A program made the position numbers and the translations under genes. A model generated the notes under the pieces. The model made no database searches and was not told where the DNA came from. It worked only from the letters and a program-made list of their open reading frames with translations. Shown here in pieces: positions 10,095 to 19,195 of a stretch of DNA of 24,270 nucleotides (its first letter is position 1; every line of letters starts with the position of its first letter). Location: IMG/VR virus record IMGVR_UViG_2541047718_000009. One strand, 5' to 3'. The stretch is from a virus. Lineage: Duplodnaviria; Heunggongvirae; Uroviricota; Caudoviricetes.

Positions 10095-11528
10095 ATGTCT
10101 GAATTTGAAGTGTTGGCACAGCATCTGCTGAAGGAAGCCGAGGCGGAAGAAAAGCTGCGACAGGAAAATGATAAAAAGCTTATCGAGAAAGTGCTGGAAA
10201 TCTATGATCAGAAGTATGTGGCTGAATTACTGAGAAAAGTCGGAAAAAATGAGTGGAGCCGTGAAACCATTAACCGCTGGATTAATGGCAAGTGTTTACC
10301 AAAATCGTTGACGTCAGTAGAAGAGTCTCTTCTGCGTAAGATGCTACCAGAACCACCTGCAAACCATCCGGAATATGCTTTCCGCTTCATTGACTTATTT
10401 GCTGGAATTGGAGGGATACGAAAAGGTTTTGAGGCTATTGGAGGCCAGTGTGTTTTTACCAGTGAATGGAATAAAGATGCTGTGCGTACATACAAGGCCA
10501 ACTGGTTTAACGATGAACAGGTGCATAAATTCAATCTCGATATTCGGGAAGTCACGTTGAGTGATAAAACCGATGTATTGGAAACGGATGCTTATGCATA
10601 TATTGATGAGCATGTGCCGGATCATGATGTGCTTCTTGCGGGGTTCCCGTGCCAGCCATTTAGTCTTGCTGGTGTTAGTAAGAAAAACTCACTTGGCCGT
10701 GCGCATGGTTTTGAATGTGAAGCACAAGGAACACTTTTTTTTGACGTGGCACGTATTATACGAGCAAAAAAACCGGCAATTTTTGTGCTGGAAAATGTCA
10801 AAAATCTGAAGAGCCATGATAAGGGTAAAACTTTCAAAGTCATTATGGAGACCCTTGACGAGCTGGGCTACGAAGTTGCCGATGCTGCAGAAATGGGAAA
10901 AAACGATCCAAAGATTATCGATGGGAAGCATTTTTTGCCTCAGCATCGTGAACGCATTGTTCTGGTCGGATTTAGACGAGATCTGAATATTCACAAGGGG
11001 TTTACCTTGCGTGATATCAGTCGTTTTTATCCGGAACACCGCCCATCATTTGGTGAATTGCTGGAGCCTGTAGTCGACAGTAAATATATACTTACGCCAA
11101 AACTATGGGAGTACCTTTATAACTACGCCAAAAAGCATGCAGCCAAGGGGAATGGTTTTGGCTTTGGGTTGGTCAATCCTGAGAATAAGGAAAGCATTGC
11201 ACGCACACTTTCTGCCAGATATCACAAAGACGGATCAGAAATTCTTATTGATCGTGGTTGGGATATGGCAACGGGAGAGGCTGACTTTATGAATGAGAGT
11301 AATCAGGCTCGTCGACCACGCAGGCTGACTCCCCGAGAGTGCGCACGCCTTATGGGATTTGAAAAACCTGGAGGGAAACCATTCCGTATTCCGGTTTCAG
11401 ATACTCAGTCATATCGGCAGTTCGGTAACTCAGTTGTGGTGCCAGTATTTGAAGCTGTTGCCAGACTTCTGGAACCCTATATCCTCAAAGCTGTTTCTGC
11501 TGATGCTGGTAAGACTGGGCAGCCTTGA
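10095..11528 (+). CDS. DNA (cytosine-5) methyltransferase, Dcm / M.EcoRII-like
   Basis: C5-MTase motifs are present: [12 protein letters not shown] (motif I), [11 protein letters not shown] (motif IV, catalytic Cys), ENVKNL (motif VI), [10 protein letters not shown] (motif X). ATG 10095 is preceded by GGAGG at 10086-10090, giving a 477-aa product; the ORF track start at 10053 lacks an RBS. Confidence 0.9.
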   Translation: MSEFEVLAQHLLKEAEAEEKLRQENDKKLIEKVLEIYDQKYVAELLRKVGKNEWSRETINRWINGKCLPKSLTSVEESLLRKMLPEPPANHPEYAFRFIDLFAGIGGIRKGFEAIGGQCVFTSEWNKDAVRTYKANWFNDEQVHKFNLDIREVTLSDKTDVLETDAYAYIDEHVPDHDVLLAGFPCQPFSLAGVSKKNSLGRAHGFECEAQGTLFFDVARIIRAKKPAIFVLENVKNLKSHDKGKTFKVIMETLDELGYEVADAAEMGKNDPKIIDGKHFLPQHRERIVLVGFRRDLNIHKGFTLRDISRFYPEHRPSFGELLEPVVDSKYILTPKLWEYLYNYAKKHAAKGNGFGFGLVNPENKESIARTLSARYHKDGSEILIDRGWDMATGEADFMNESNQARRPRRLTPRECARLMGFEKPGGKPFRIPVSDTQSYRQFGNSVVVPVFEAVARLLEPYILKAVSADAGKTGQP

Positions 11529-11534
11529 GAACAC

Positions 11535-11557
11535 CTCCCGGCCTTTTAAGCCGGGAG
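11535..11557. terminator. hairpin between convergent methyltransferase and restriction genes
   Basis: CTCCCGGC (11535-11542), loop CTTTTAA, GCCGGGAG (11550-11557). Confidence 0.4.
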
Positions 11558-11562
11558 TCAGC

Positions 11563-12777
11563 CTATGATAGTTCAGCGTAAAGCTCTATCAGCTCAGTAA
11601 TGAATGCTCCGAGCGTTATTAATTCTTCTCTAACTGCTTCTGGGTATTTTTTATGTAAAGTTGATGGTACAACGAGTCTGACACCCGCATCTTTCATTTC
11701 TCGGTATTGTGCTGAAGAAACACCTTCTTGCAGTGTAAATAAATGTACCTGATGGATTTTATCTGCTTCATTCAGTATCTGACGCCAGCGATCTTTGCAG
11801 GTGGTCTTTACTGCCAGCATACGTAAGTTTTCTACAGGAAATTCAACGTTATGATATGCCTCTGCTGAAGGAAACAGGAAATCTGGTTTTTTATTACCTT
11901 CAGTAACTGCCTGAGTGGAGAAATGCCGTAGTCCGTGCTCGATAAAAAGCTTCTCTAGGTGAAGTTCAAGTGATTTGCCTGCCCTTGATTTACGTCGATT
12001 ACTGACAGAGTTGGCTAATGCAATAAACTCATCTACAGAATCGAATCCTTTCTTAATAATATCAAGAACATGTAATTCCTCGACGAGTAGAAAAATATCA
12101 TACTCGACACGCCGACGGTCAATCAGTTGCTCATCTGGATCCTTGGAGTTTTTAGCATAATGGCCAGCAGCATATTGAATAATTTCGTTTCCAGAAGGAA
12201 AACGCTTCTTCCAGTCTTCAGGAATAACATATTTATGATTTACTGGAGTTTGCTGAAGAGATAATCCGCCCAAAATTTGTCCGGCAGGGCCGGAAATTAG
12301 GGTTCCAGGTATGATTTCGCCAATAGCAGACTCGATGATATCCTCTTCATCGGGATTGACGCAGACCCATATATCTACCTCGGAACAGTCAGTGTTCTGT
12401 TCGTTTAACCTGAAAGCAAGAATTGTGAGAGCTCCTGTATTTTCAGGGTTCTGTAATGGACTTCCTCTCCCCCAGCGCGTAATTCTTTTTTCGTTTCGGG
12501 TCTTACCAAAATAACGGTTGTTGTAATAAATTGCGCGTGCTTGGGTATCAGGGCAATCATGGGATGATACATGCGCAGTAAGGAAGACTGAAGGGTTCAG
12601 TTCGCGAGTATGATTGATAGATGGAAAAAGCTTTTCAACGATATTTGAGGGGATATAAAGTCCGACCTGATGGCCACCTGTTGCGCCAGTGTCGTTTGCA
12701 GAAAGGCGTTTGATGTAGATAAAGTAATTCCCGCTTGCGATATCAAGCAGCCAGTTATGAAAAACCGACATATACAT
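11563..12777 (-). CDS. type II restriction endonuclease, EcoRII family (CCWGG-type)
   Basis: 404-aa product whose N-terminus (MSVFHNWLL..YIKRLSANDTGATGGHQVGLYIPS) matches my recollection of R.EcoRII. It is convergent with a Dcm/M.EcoRII-like methylase. Family assignment is by recall, not a search. Confidence 0.7.
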   Translation of the reverse strand: MYMSVFHNWLLDIASGNYFIYIKRLSANDTGATGGHQVGLYIPSNIVEKLFPSINHTRELNPSVFLTAHVSSHDCPDTQARAIYYNNRYFGKTRNEKRITRWGRGSPLQNPENTGALTILAFRLNEQNTDCSEVDIWVCVNPDEEDIIESAIGEIIPGTLISGPAGQILGGLSLQQTPVNHKYVIPEDWKKRFPSGNEIIQYAAGHYAKNSKDPDEQLIDRRRVEYDIFLLVEELHVLDIIKKGFDSVDEFIALANSVSNRRKSRAGKSLELHLEKLFIEHGLRHFSTQAVTEGNKKPDFLFPSAEAYHNVEFPVENLRMLAVKTTCKDRWRQILNEADKIHQVHLFTLQEGVSSAQYREMKDAGVRLVVPSTLHKKYPEAVREELITLGAFITELIELYAELS

Positions 12778-12858
12778 CCCTTTGTTAGCATACAGTCAGG
12801 GTTAACATTTTTCCATAGTTATAGATAAGCGGCTAGGAACTTAAGGGAAAAACAAAAA

Positions 12859-12880
12859 GCCCGCATAAGCGGGCTTTTGT
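12859..12880. terminator. bidirectional rho-independent terminator candidate
   Basis: GCCCGC (12859-12864), loop ATAA, GCGGGC (12869-12874), followed by TTTTGTG on the + strand and preceded by AAAAA (a U-tract on the - strand). A second perfect 14-nt palindrome GGAGCCGCGGCTCC follows at about 12889-12902. Confidence 0.5.
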
Positions 12881-13005
12881 GTCACTCGGGAGCCGCGGCT
12901 CCTTTGCGTATCCTTTTTTGTCTCCTCACCGTCTGGTCGGTGTCCTGCTGAGACTGCTAACTTCCTGTTTTTGTTGGTGTTGTCCTTACACCGTCCAATC
13001 ATGAT

Positions 13006-13028
13006 TGGTGGAGCTGGCGGAGTTTGAA
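13006..13028. repeat. distal att site of the P4-like element (direct repeat of the ssrA 3' end)
   Basis: TGGTGGAGCTGGCGG at 13006-13020 is identical to 23869-23883 (complement of the tmRNA 3' terminus ...CCGCCAGCUCCACCA), with AGTTTGAA versus GAGTTGAA continuing the similarity. A 14-nt perfect palindrome CCAATCATGATTGG overlaps its left edge (12995-13008). Confidence 0.7.
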
Positions 13029-13162
13029 TAAATATTGTATTGCTTTGATTTTTAATGATTTTATTTAATTTAGTTTTTGTGCGTATACTTAATCGTATAC
13101 CAATGGCTGTAAGTTAATGTGAAATGAAAGCGCATTTTTACTTGGATTGATGCTATATCGTA

Positions 13163-13468
13163 CAGGAAAAAAATTTTTTTTCGAAAGAACTGTTCACACT
13201 GTTCACCTTTCTTTTTTCTCCTTTTATTTCAGAGTGATAGGTGGTGAATAATGGGTGAAGGGTGAACATTCGATTCTTCACCTCCGGCATTCTGCCGGTG
13301 TGACTCATACCGGTGATTAATCCCCCGTACTGAAATCACTCAGGAAGAAAAAAGTTTTTTTTGATTTGATTGTTCACACTGTTCACCTTTCGTTTTTCTC
13401 TTTTAATTTCAGTATGATAACGGGTGAATATACGGTGAAGGGTGAACACTGGATTGTTCACCTTCGGG
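13163..13468. repeat. crr-like cis replication region: two ~125-bp direct repeats carrying TGTTCACC / GGTGAACA iterons
   Basis: Unit 1 is about 13163-13286 and unit 2 about 13343-13468, period 180 bp. Exact octamers TGTTCACC occur at 13200-13207, 13380-13387 and 13455-13462, and GGTGAACA at 13261-13268 and 13441-13448, with further one-mismatch variants. Located immediately 3' of the alpha gene, as in P4. Confidence 0.75.
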
Positions 13469-13480
13469 GGATGTCGGGAT

Positions 13481-13506
13481 AAAAAAAAGACCGGCAGATG
13501 CCGGTC
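13481..13506 (-). terminator. rho-independent terminator after alpha
   Basis: On the minus strand: hairpin GACCGGCATCTGCCGGTC (13489-13506) followed by eight U (13481-13488), 8 nt after the alpha stop codon. Confidence 0.7.
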
Positions 13507-13513
13507 AGGTGGG

Positions 13514-15847
13514 TCAGGTTGTTGCAGGGGCGTCACATTTTGGCAGCCAGTCGCCGTAGCTTTCCTCTTTCAGCGTCAGGTTGGTCTGTATCCCCTGTTT
13601 GGTATGGCGCTTCTCGTAATTCAGCCCGTATTCTTTCAGCATCACCGGTAGCCCCAGTCCGAACATTTTCAGACTGAGTACATTCCGGTAGCCGTTTGCC
13701 TCCATGTAGGCCAGATAGGCGTGATAGAGGTATTTACGGTAATTACGCGGGATGATACTGGCGTTCCCCATATACATGCCGCTGGTCTGCGGCAGGGTTT
13801 CCAGATAGCCGATAAAATCAAACGTCGGGTCGGCATCCCGTTTGATGTTCAGTGCCTCGTCTGAGTTCTGCTGGGACTGAAGCAGTGACCGGGCGAGCAT
13901 CGGGTCGCTGAACTTCTGCATCAGGTGACGCACGATGACCGCCAGCTCGCGGGTGATTTTGTCCTTAAGCTGCGGGTCGCGCTCCTGCGGGGCTATCTGT
14001 TCCGGGAAGTGAATAATCACCCGCCGGCGTGACACGCCGCCGCTGCGGTCGGTGAAGCGCATCGGGTTATTGTTCACGGCCAGAATCACCGCCGGGATGT
14101 GCGTGGAGTACGCATCCCGGTATTTCGGGTCAACGGACACTGCATCGCCGCCGGTGATGGCCTTGAGTCCGGCTCCGTCGCCGCTCCATTTTTCCTGGTC
14201 CGGCAGGCGTATCAGTGAGAAGCCAGTTAACGCGGCACGTTCACGCGGGGATTCCAGCGTCTCAATGGTGGCCGACGTGGCGTTATCCTCACCGGCCAGC
14301 AGGGTGGCTATTTCGGCCATGATACTTTTGCCGCTGCCGCCGGGACCGGTCACCTCCAGAAAGAGCTGCCAGTCGTAGCGGTTTGCCAGCACCATAAACA
14401 GTGCGGCCAGAATCACGTCGCGTTTTTCCGCACGACCACCGGCAGCACGGTCAAGCCAGCGCCAGAACGCGGGAGCGTGGGTTTCCAGCGTTTCACCGTC
14501 CACCGGCGGGGTGAAATCCACATCACACAGGGTACGCATCCAGTGTGACGGACTGTGCGGGTGGAACGTACCGTTCTGCGTGTCGAGCACGCCGTTACGA
14601 AAGCCAATCAGGCGGCGGGAGGGGGCTTCCTGCTGCGGAATAATCAGCTTCAGGGTGTCCACCACGGAGGCCACCTTCCCGGAGGAGAACGGCGCGCGCA
14701 GACGCTGAAACAGCCCGGCCACATCCCGGGCAAAGTCCTGTGGCGGCAGCACCTTCCAGACACCATTTTCATAGCGGGACAGAAGCTGGCCGTTGGCATC
14801 GACCGCGAGCGCCTCGCCGTAATGCTCATAGATACGCATGGCCTTTTCGCTGGTACTCATGGCGGAAAACTCCGCTTCGCTCATGGTGTCGAACGGGCTT
14901 TCAGCCGGTGGCCGGATGGCATCATAAATGGCCTTACGGGTGGCTTCCCCGCCGTACTGCGTGAAGGCATCATTCCAGTCACCGAAGACCGGCGGCAGGG
15001 CAACAACACCTTCACACGCATCTGCGGCTGCGGCGGCTTTTTTCTGGCCGTCACCGCTGAGGTCACGGTCAGCAGCAAGGACAATCTGACAGGCCGGATG
15101 CTTCTGCCGGGCAAGGCTGGACAGAGAAAGGAGATTCACGGAAGAAAGCGCCACCATCACCGTTTCACCGGTCAGGTGATGCACGGTAAGTGCGGTCGCG
15201 TATCCCTCCGCTATCCACAGACGTTTTCCGGCCTGATTCTGTCCTTCAAGGGTGTGACAGGTGCCCCTGACCTGTCCGCCTTTCAGGGTGCGCTTACGGC
15301 CGTCAGCACTGATTAACTGAAGGTTAACCAGTTCGCCGCTGTCGTCATACAGTGGCACCACAAGGTCACCAGCACGCCAGCTCACGCCACCGGCTCTGTG
15401 TGTGCCGGTCAGCATCCGGCATTCCCGGCCGGGAAAGCCCTTGCGGGTCAGGTAGGCGTTACCGGTTCCGGGACGGGTTTTCGCTATCAGGGTTTGTGCC
15501 AGTGCGGCGGCGTTCTTCCGGGCAGCGTCTGTTTCAGCACCGGCGGCGGCCGTCACTGCCGGGTCAGCCGGGGGCAGGCTGCCGGTCACGGCAGCCACCT
15601 TTGCGGCCGCGTCGGACGGGGAGACACCAAACACCTTTTCAACCAGTTTCAGGCCGTCACCGGCACCACACTGATTGCAGTACCAGGTGCCGCGCCCCTC
15701 CCTGTCATCAAAACGGAAGCGGTCACTCCCGCCACAGACCGGACAGGGCTGATGACGGTTTTTCAGCACCTGAATCCCCAGCGCCGGGAGAATACGCGGC
15801 CAGTGGCCGAGCGCATGGCTGACGGTGGCGGTTACGTTCATTTTCAT
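13514..15847 (-). CDS. alpha: P4 alpha-type primase-helicase (replication initiator)
   Basis: 777-aa product with an N-terminal zinc-binding CPVCGG...CNQCG motif and a primase/D5-type helicase arrangement; I recall P4 alpha as about the same length. AAGGAG lies 9 nt upstream of ATG 15847. Flanked by iteron regions. Confidence 0.85.
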   Translation of the reverse strand: MKMNVTATVSHALGHWPRILPALGIQVLKNRHQPCPVCGGSDRFRFDDREGRGTWYCNQCGAGDGLKLVEKVFGVSPSDAAAKVAAVTGSLPPADPAVTAAAGAETDAARKNAAALAQTLIAKTRPGTGNAYLTRKGFPGRECRMLTGTHRAGGVSWRAGDLVVPLYDDSGELVNLQLISADGRKRTLKGGQVRGTCHTLEGQNQAGKRLWIAEGYATALTVHHLTGETVMVALSSVNLLSLSSLARQKHPACQIVLAADRDLSGDGQKKAAAAADACEGVVALPPVFGDWNDAFTQYGGEATRKAIYDAIRPPAESPFDTMSEAEFSAMSTSEKAMRIYEHYGEALAVDANGQLLSRYENGVWKVLPPQDFARDVAGLFQRLRAPFSSGKVASVVDTLKLIIPQQEAPSRRLIGFRNGVLDTQNGTFHPHSPSHWMRTLCDVDFTPPVDGETLETHAPAFWRWLDRAAGGRAEKRDVILAALFMVLANRYDWQLFLEVTGPGGSGKSIMAEIATLLAGEDNATSATIETLESPRERAALTGFSLIRLPDQEKWSGDGAGLKAITGGDAVSVDPKYRDAYSTHIPAVILAVNNNPMRFTDRSGGVSRRRVIIHFPEQIAPQERDPQLKDKITRELAVIVRHLMQKFSDPMLARSLLQSQQNSDEALNIKRDADPTFDFIGYLETLPQTSGMYMGNASIIPRNYRKYLYHAYLAYMEANGYRNVLSLKMFGLGLPVMLKEYGLNYEKRHTKQGIQTNLTLKEESYGDWLPKCDAPATT

Positions 15848-15861
15848 GGTGTTGTTCTCCT

Positions 15862-16182
15862 TCAGTGCAGTACCGGCGCTTTTATGTGACGGGCACAGAG
15901 TTCATCCATCACAACCAGCCCGAGAAAGGACAGCGACGGCGCGGCCTTCAGGGGGCCGGATTCCATTAAATCTTCCAGCAGGGCACAGGCTATCTGACGC
16001 CCTTTTTCCTCACCGTGCTGGCGCAGATAAAAGCCTTCCAGCTCAGCGGCGATGGCCGCCTCCAGTGATTCAAGGGTGAGATGCGGGTAGCGGTGCTGAC
16101 GTTCGCACACGGTCAGCCAGGCACAGGCGACAGCACGACGGTAAAGGGCTGCGCGTAAGACGGGCGGTAAGGGTGTTTTCAT
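15862..16182 (-). CDS. hypothetical protein of the P4-like left operon (106 aa)
   Basis: GGAGG 6 nt upstream of ATG 16182; stop lies 14 nt before the alpha start. Function unknown. Confidence 0.6.
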
Positions 16183-16317
16183 TTGCTTTCCTCCCTGTGA
16201 CAGATGACTGCATTCCGTGCCGGTTGCATTAACTGATAAGGCATATCTGCGTCTCCTGAAGACGTGCGTATCCCTGCGCGAATACGCACATTTAATTTTT
16301 CGGGTGTCGTTTTTTAA

Positions 16318-16773
16318 TTACAGATAATTGCGGTAACTGTTATCCGGGGTGGTTTCCGGGTCAGGCTCCGTGCGGGGAATTTCCCGCCATTCCCGCGCCA
16401 CCGGTGCCGCCCGGCTGACCGGAACAGGGGCCTGCGGGTAAATATCCAGATATTTCTCCCGCCATTTCTGTAATTCCGGGTCTCCGGCCATTTCTTTCAG
16501 TACCGCATGCCGGTTTACGGGGCTGCGTTTAAACAGGTCAGGACGGTCACAGGTAAATTCCCGCAGAAAACGCCCCAGCGGGATGTCTGTGGTGCGCCCG
16601 TCAGCGAGGATACGCACAAGGATACTGAATTTACGGCGGTACGGGTTCCAGACAATGTCCGGGCAGCGGTACGGCATTTCCCACGGAATACCGTCTTCCA
16701 GAATGCCGACCACGGCCACATCGGGAAAACCGGCAGAACGGTAAATCTCACCGGGCTGGGGAAAATCAAACAT
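16318..16773 (-). CDS. hypothetical protein of the P4-like left operon (151 aa; P4 orf151-like by position and size)
   Basis: GGGGAG RBS upstream of ATG 16773; overlaps the stop of the upstream small gene. Confidence 0.6.
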   Translation of the reverse strand: MFDFPQPGEIYRSAGFPDVAVVGILEDGIPWEMPYRCPDIVWNPYRRKFSILVRILADGRTTDIPLGRFLREFTCDRPDLFKRSPVNRHAVLKEMAGDPELQKWREKYLDIYPQAPVPVSRAAPVAREWREIPRTEPDPETTPDNSYRNYL

Positions 16774-17053
16774 GCGTCCTGTCTCCCCGGTCTTTCTGCT
16801 GGGCGAGAAAATCGCGGCACAGGCCTTTGGCTTTCAGCTCATTCAGCACAAAATCAATATCTTCATTCAGGTAGCTGAAAATATGCGGAATGTAGAGCTG
16901 ATGCAGGCCGGAGAGTTCACGGTGAATCAAATCCCCCCCAACAAACTGGGATACGGCGCTGGCGCGGTTGAGCTTATGGTAAGCCTCAATGCTGAGGTGT
17001 TCACGGGCGTCATGACGTGCTGAGACGGTCTGAGGGGCTTTTTTATTACGCAC
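16766..17053 (-). CDS. small left-operon protein (95 aa), possible epsilon-like derepressor (assigned by position only)
   Basis: GTG 17053 is preceded by GGAGG with 6-nt spacing. The longer ORF-track version (to 17209) adds a Cys/Pro-rich N-terminus without an RBS and is judged spurious. Confidence 0.4.
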   Translation of the reverse strand: MRNKKAPQTVSARHDAREHLSIEAYHKLNRASAVSQFVGGDLIHRELSGLHQLYIPHIFSYLNEDIDFVLNELKAKGLCRDFLAQQKDRGDRTHV

Positions 17054-17243
17054 GGGACACCTCCACCACCGGCAGACGGGCAGCAAGGGAGAGCACATAG
17101 TCACGGACAAGGGAACGGCGGGCACTGCGTTCATCACCGGCGACGGTGCGAAGCATACAGATACGGGGATGACGGTCTGCGCGACGGACAGCCGCAAACA
17201 CAAAGACAAATTCAGGGTGTGAAGGGGTAAGGGTTGTAGCCAT
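17046..17243 (-). CDS. small protein (65 aa), unknown function
   Basis: ATG 17243 is preceded by GGAGG at 8-nt spacing; its stop overlaps the start of the 95-aa gene, suggesting coupling. It is the C-terminal part of ORF-track entry 17046..17690, whose upstream portion lacks support. Confidence 0.4.
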   Translation of the reverse strand: MATTLTPSHPEFVFVFAAVRRADRHPRICMLRTVAGDERSARRSLVRDYVLSLAARLPVVEVSRA

Positions 17244-17641
17244 GATGGCAGCCTCCGTTAGATAGCAGGTTACGCTATCGCCGGAGTTTCCACGCTCGAT
17301 GGCGATAGCCCAGACGGGGGTGGAAATACCGGCTCTAACGGATACCGGCCAGCCCGGAGGCTGCCCCGCCTGAGCTACCATTGACTCTGCGGCATAATGA
17401 GCGGACGCGGGCAGGATGCACGGAGTGCCATCTGCTCGACTGACCACACACCACACCATAATCTGGCGCTCTGTGGCGTTGATTGCGACACAAAAAAAGA
17501 CGCATGGCGCGTCATATGTCGCCGTTAGATTGCTCGGGTTTCCACGCCCGGCTGCCGATTTTGCGACAGCGGAAAAACTATATCCGCAAATGCCGGAAAA
17601 AGGCAAGCCAGAAAAAGGGACTTTTTGCAGAACAGGCATCA

Positions 17642-17908
17642 TCATGCGTCGTACCCCCGTTTGCGTCCGGCAATGCGTCCGGCCATCCATGCGGTGACTT
17701 CAGAGTGCAGCCAGGCCACATTTTTACCGCCAAGACTCACCTGCGGCGGAAATTCCCCCTTACGGATGAGTTCGTAGATGGTCGAGCGTGACAGGCCGCA
17801 CAGGTGCATCACTTCCGGCAGACGTAAAAAACGCTCCTGCGTGATGTCCGGCAGCGGCATCAGTGGCGTCACAGGGGCGGGAGACGGGGAAGAAAAAACA
17901 GCTTGCAT
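17642..17908 (-). CDS. vis: AlpA / P4 Vis-family small HTH regulator (excision and transcription control)
   Basis: 88-aa product with the AlpA-type signature [54 protein letters not shown] 7 nt upstream. First gene of the leftward operon next to ori. Confidence 0.75.
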   Translation of the reverse strand: MQAVFSSPSPAPVTPLMPLPDITQERFLRLPEVMHLCGLSRSTIYELIRKGEFPPQVSLGGKNVAWLHSEVTAWMAGRIAGRKRGYDA

Positions 17909-18188
17909 CGGGCTACCTCGTTAATGTCCATACAGCACCGGATAAGTCCGTCCGGCTTCGGGTAGCGCTTTATTTTGTGAATATTTTCAGCAGACGCAAC
18001 AGGGGGGATTTGTTCCGGCAGCCTTACAATGGCTGTGCATTTTTTTGTACATCAGCGCCAGATAGCTTTAAAACGCTCTGGAAGGAGCTGGAAAAAATTA
18101 TAGTGAAATACAAATTGTTTTTTCTTATTTATTTCAGTGAATTAATAAAAATAAAAAGTAATAAACAGCACAAAAAGCCCATCAACGG

Positions 18189-18291
18189 GTGAACAGTGGT
18201 GAACAGACGGTGAACAGTCATTACTGCGATTGTTCACCCTTTAACTTACTGTATTACTTATCTTTTTTATTAAGGTGAACAGAGGTGAACA
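18189..18291. promoter_or_regulatory. P4-type origin of replication (ori): iteron cluster around an AT-rich spacer
   Basis: GGTGAACA at 18189-18196, 18198-18205, 18209-18216, 18274-18281 and 18284-18291; TGTTCACC at 18231-18238; AT-rich stretch at 18240-18273. About 4.9 kb from the crr repeats, consistent with my recollection of P4 ori-crr spacing of about 4.5 kb. Confidence 0.75.
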
Positions 18292-18370
18292 GTAAAATAT
18301 AAAAAAACAAACAGTAAGCCGGTTTTTCCTGCGACCTTTTCCTGGCTTGCCGGTCTGAGGATGAGTCTCC

Positions 18371-18388
18371 TGTGTCAGGGCTGGCACA
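18371..18388 (+). promoter_or_regulatory. late-promoter activator site (TGT-N12-ACA dyad) upstream of sid
   Basis: TGT (18371-18373), 12 nt, ACA (18386-18388), centred about 80 nt upstream of the sid ATG. This matches the Ogr/Delta-dependent late promoter architecture of P2/P4. Confidence 0.55.
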
Positions 18389-18460
18389 TCTGCAATGCGT
18401 CGTGTTGTTGTCCGGTGTACGTCACAATTTTCTTAACCTGAAGTGACGAGGAGCCGGAAA

Positions 18461-19195
18461 ATGTCTGACAACACCATCCCTGAATATCTGCAACCCGCAC
18501 TGGCACAACTGGAAAAGGCCAGAGTCGCTCATCTTGAGAACGCCCGCCTGATGGATGAGACCGTCACGGCCATTGAACGGGCAGAGCAGGAAAAAAATGC
18601 GCTGGCGCAGGCCGACGGAAACGACGCTGACGACTGGCGCACGGCCTTTCGTGCAGCCGGTGGTGTCCTGAGCGACGAGCTGAAACAGCGCCACATTGAG
18701 CGCGTGGCACGCCGGGAGCTGGTACAGGAATATGACAATCTGGCCGTGGTGCTGAATTTTGAACGCGAACGCCTGAAAGGGGCGTGTGACAGCACGGCCA
18801 CCGCCTACCGGAAGGCACATCATCACCTTCTGAGTCTGTATGCAGAGCATGAGCTGGAACACGCCCTGAATGAAACCTGTGAGGCGCTTGTCCGGGCAAT
18901 GCATCTGAGCATCCTGGTACAGGAAAATCCGCTCGCCAACACCACCGGCCATCAGGGCTACGTCGCGCCGGAAAAGGCTGTCATGCAGCAGGTGAAATCA
19001 TCGCTGGAACAGAAAATAAAACAGATGCAAATCAGCCTCACCGGCGAGCCGGTTCTCCGGCTGACCGGACTGTCAGCGGCAACACTCCCGCACATGGATT
19101 ATGAGGTGGCAGGCACACCGGCACAGCGCAAGGTGTGGCAGGACAAAATAGACCAGCAGGGAGCAGAGCTTAAGGCCAGAGGGCTGCTGTCATGA
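18461..19195 (+). CDS. sid: Sid, capsid size-determination external scaffold protein
   Basis: 244-aa product from ATG 18461 (GAGGAG 7 nt upstream), MSDNTIPEYLQPALAQLEKA..., which I recognise as P4 Sid. The ORF track begins 6 codons earlier. Confidence 0.85.
   Translation: MSDNTIPEYLQPALAQLEKARVAHLENARLMDETVTAIERAEQEKNALAQADGNDADDWRTAFRAAGGVLSDELKQRHIERVARRELVQEYDNLAVVLNFERERLKGACDSTATAYRKAHHHLLSLYAEHELEHALNETCEALVRAMHLSILVQENPLANTTGHQGYVAPEKAVMQQVKSSLEQKIKQMQISLTGEPVLRLTGLSAATLPHMDYEVAGTPAQRKVWQDKIDQQGAELKARGLLS

Noticed and set aside
13163-13468. Tandem repeat block considered as a possible CRISPR array
   Set aside because: There are only two long (~125-bp) imperfect units built from 8-nt iterons, with no short regular repeat-spacer periodicity and no cas genes; it is a P4-type crr.
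14555-15889. ORFs 14555..15316, 15352..15822 and 15398..15889 on the plus strand
   Set aside because: They lie antisense within the alpha primase gene, are Arg/Gly/His-rich as expected for GC-rich antisense frames, and lack RBS signals.
17046-17690. 214-aa ORF upstream of the small left-operon genes
   Set aside because: Only the last 65 codons have an RBS-supported start; the upstream part overlaps the vis 3' end and structured non-coding sequence.
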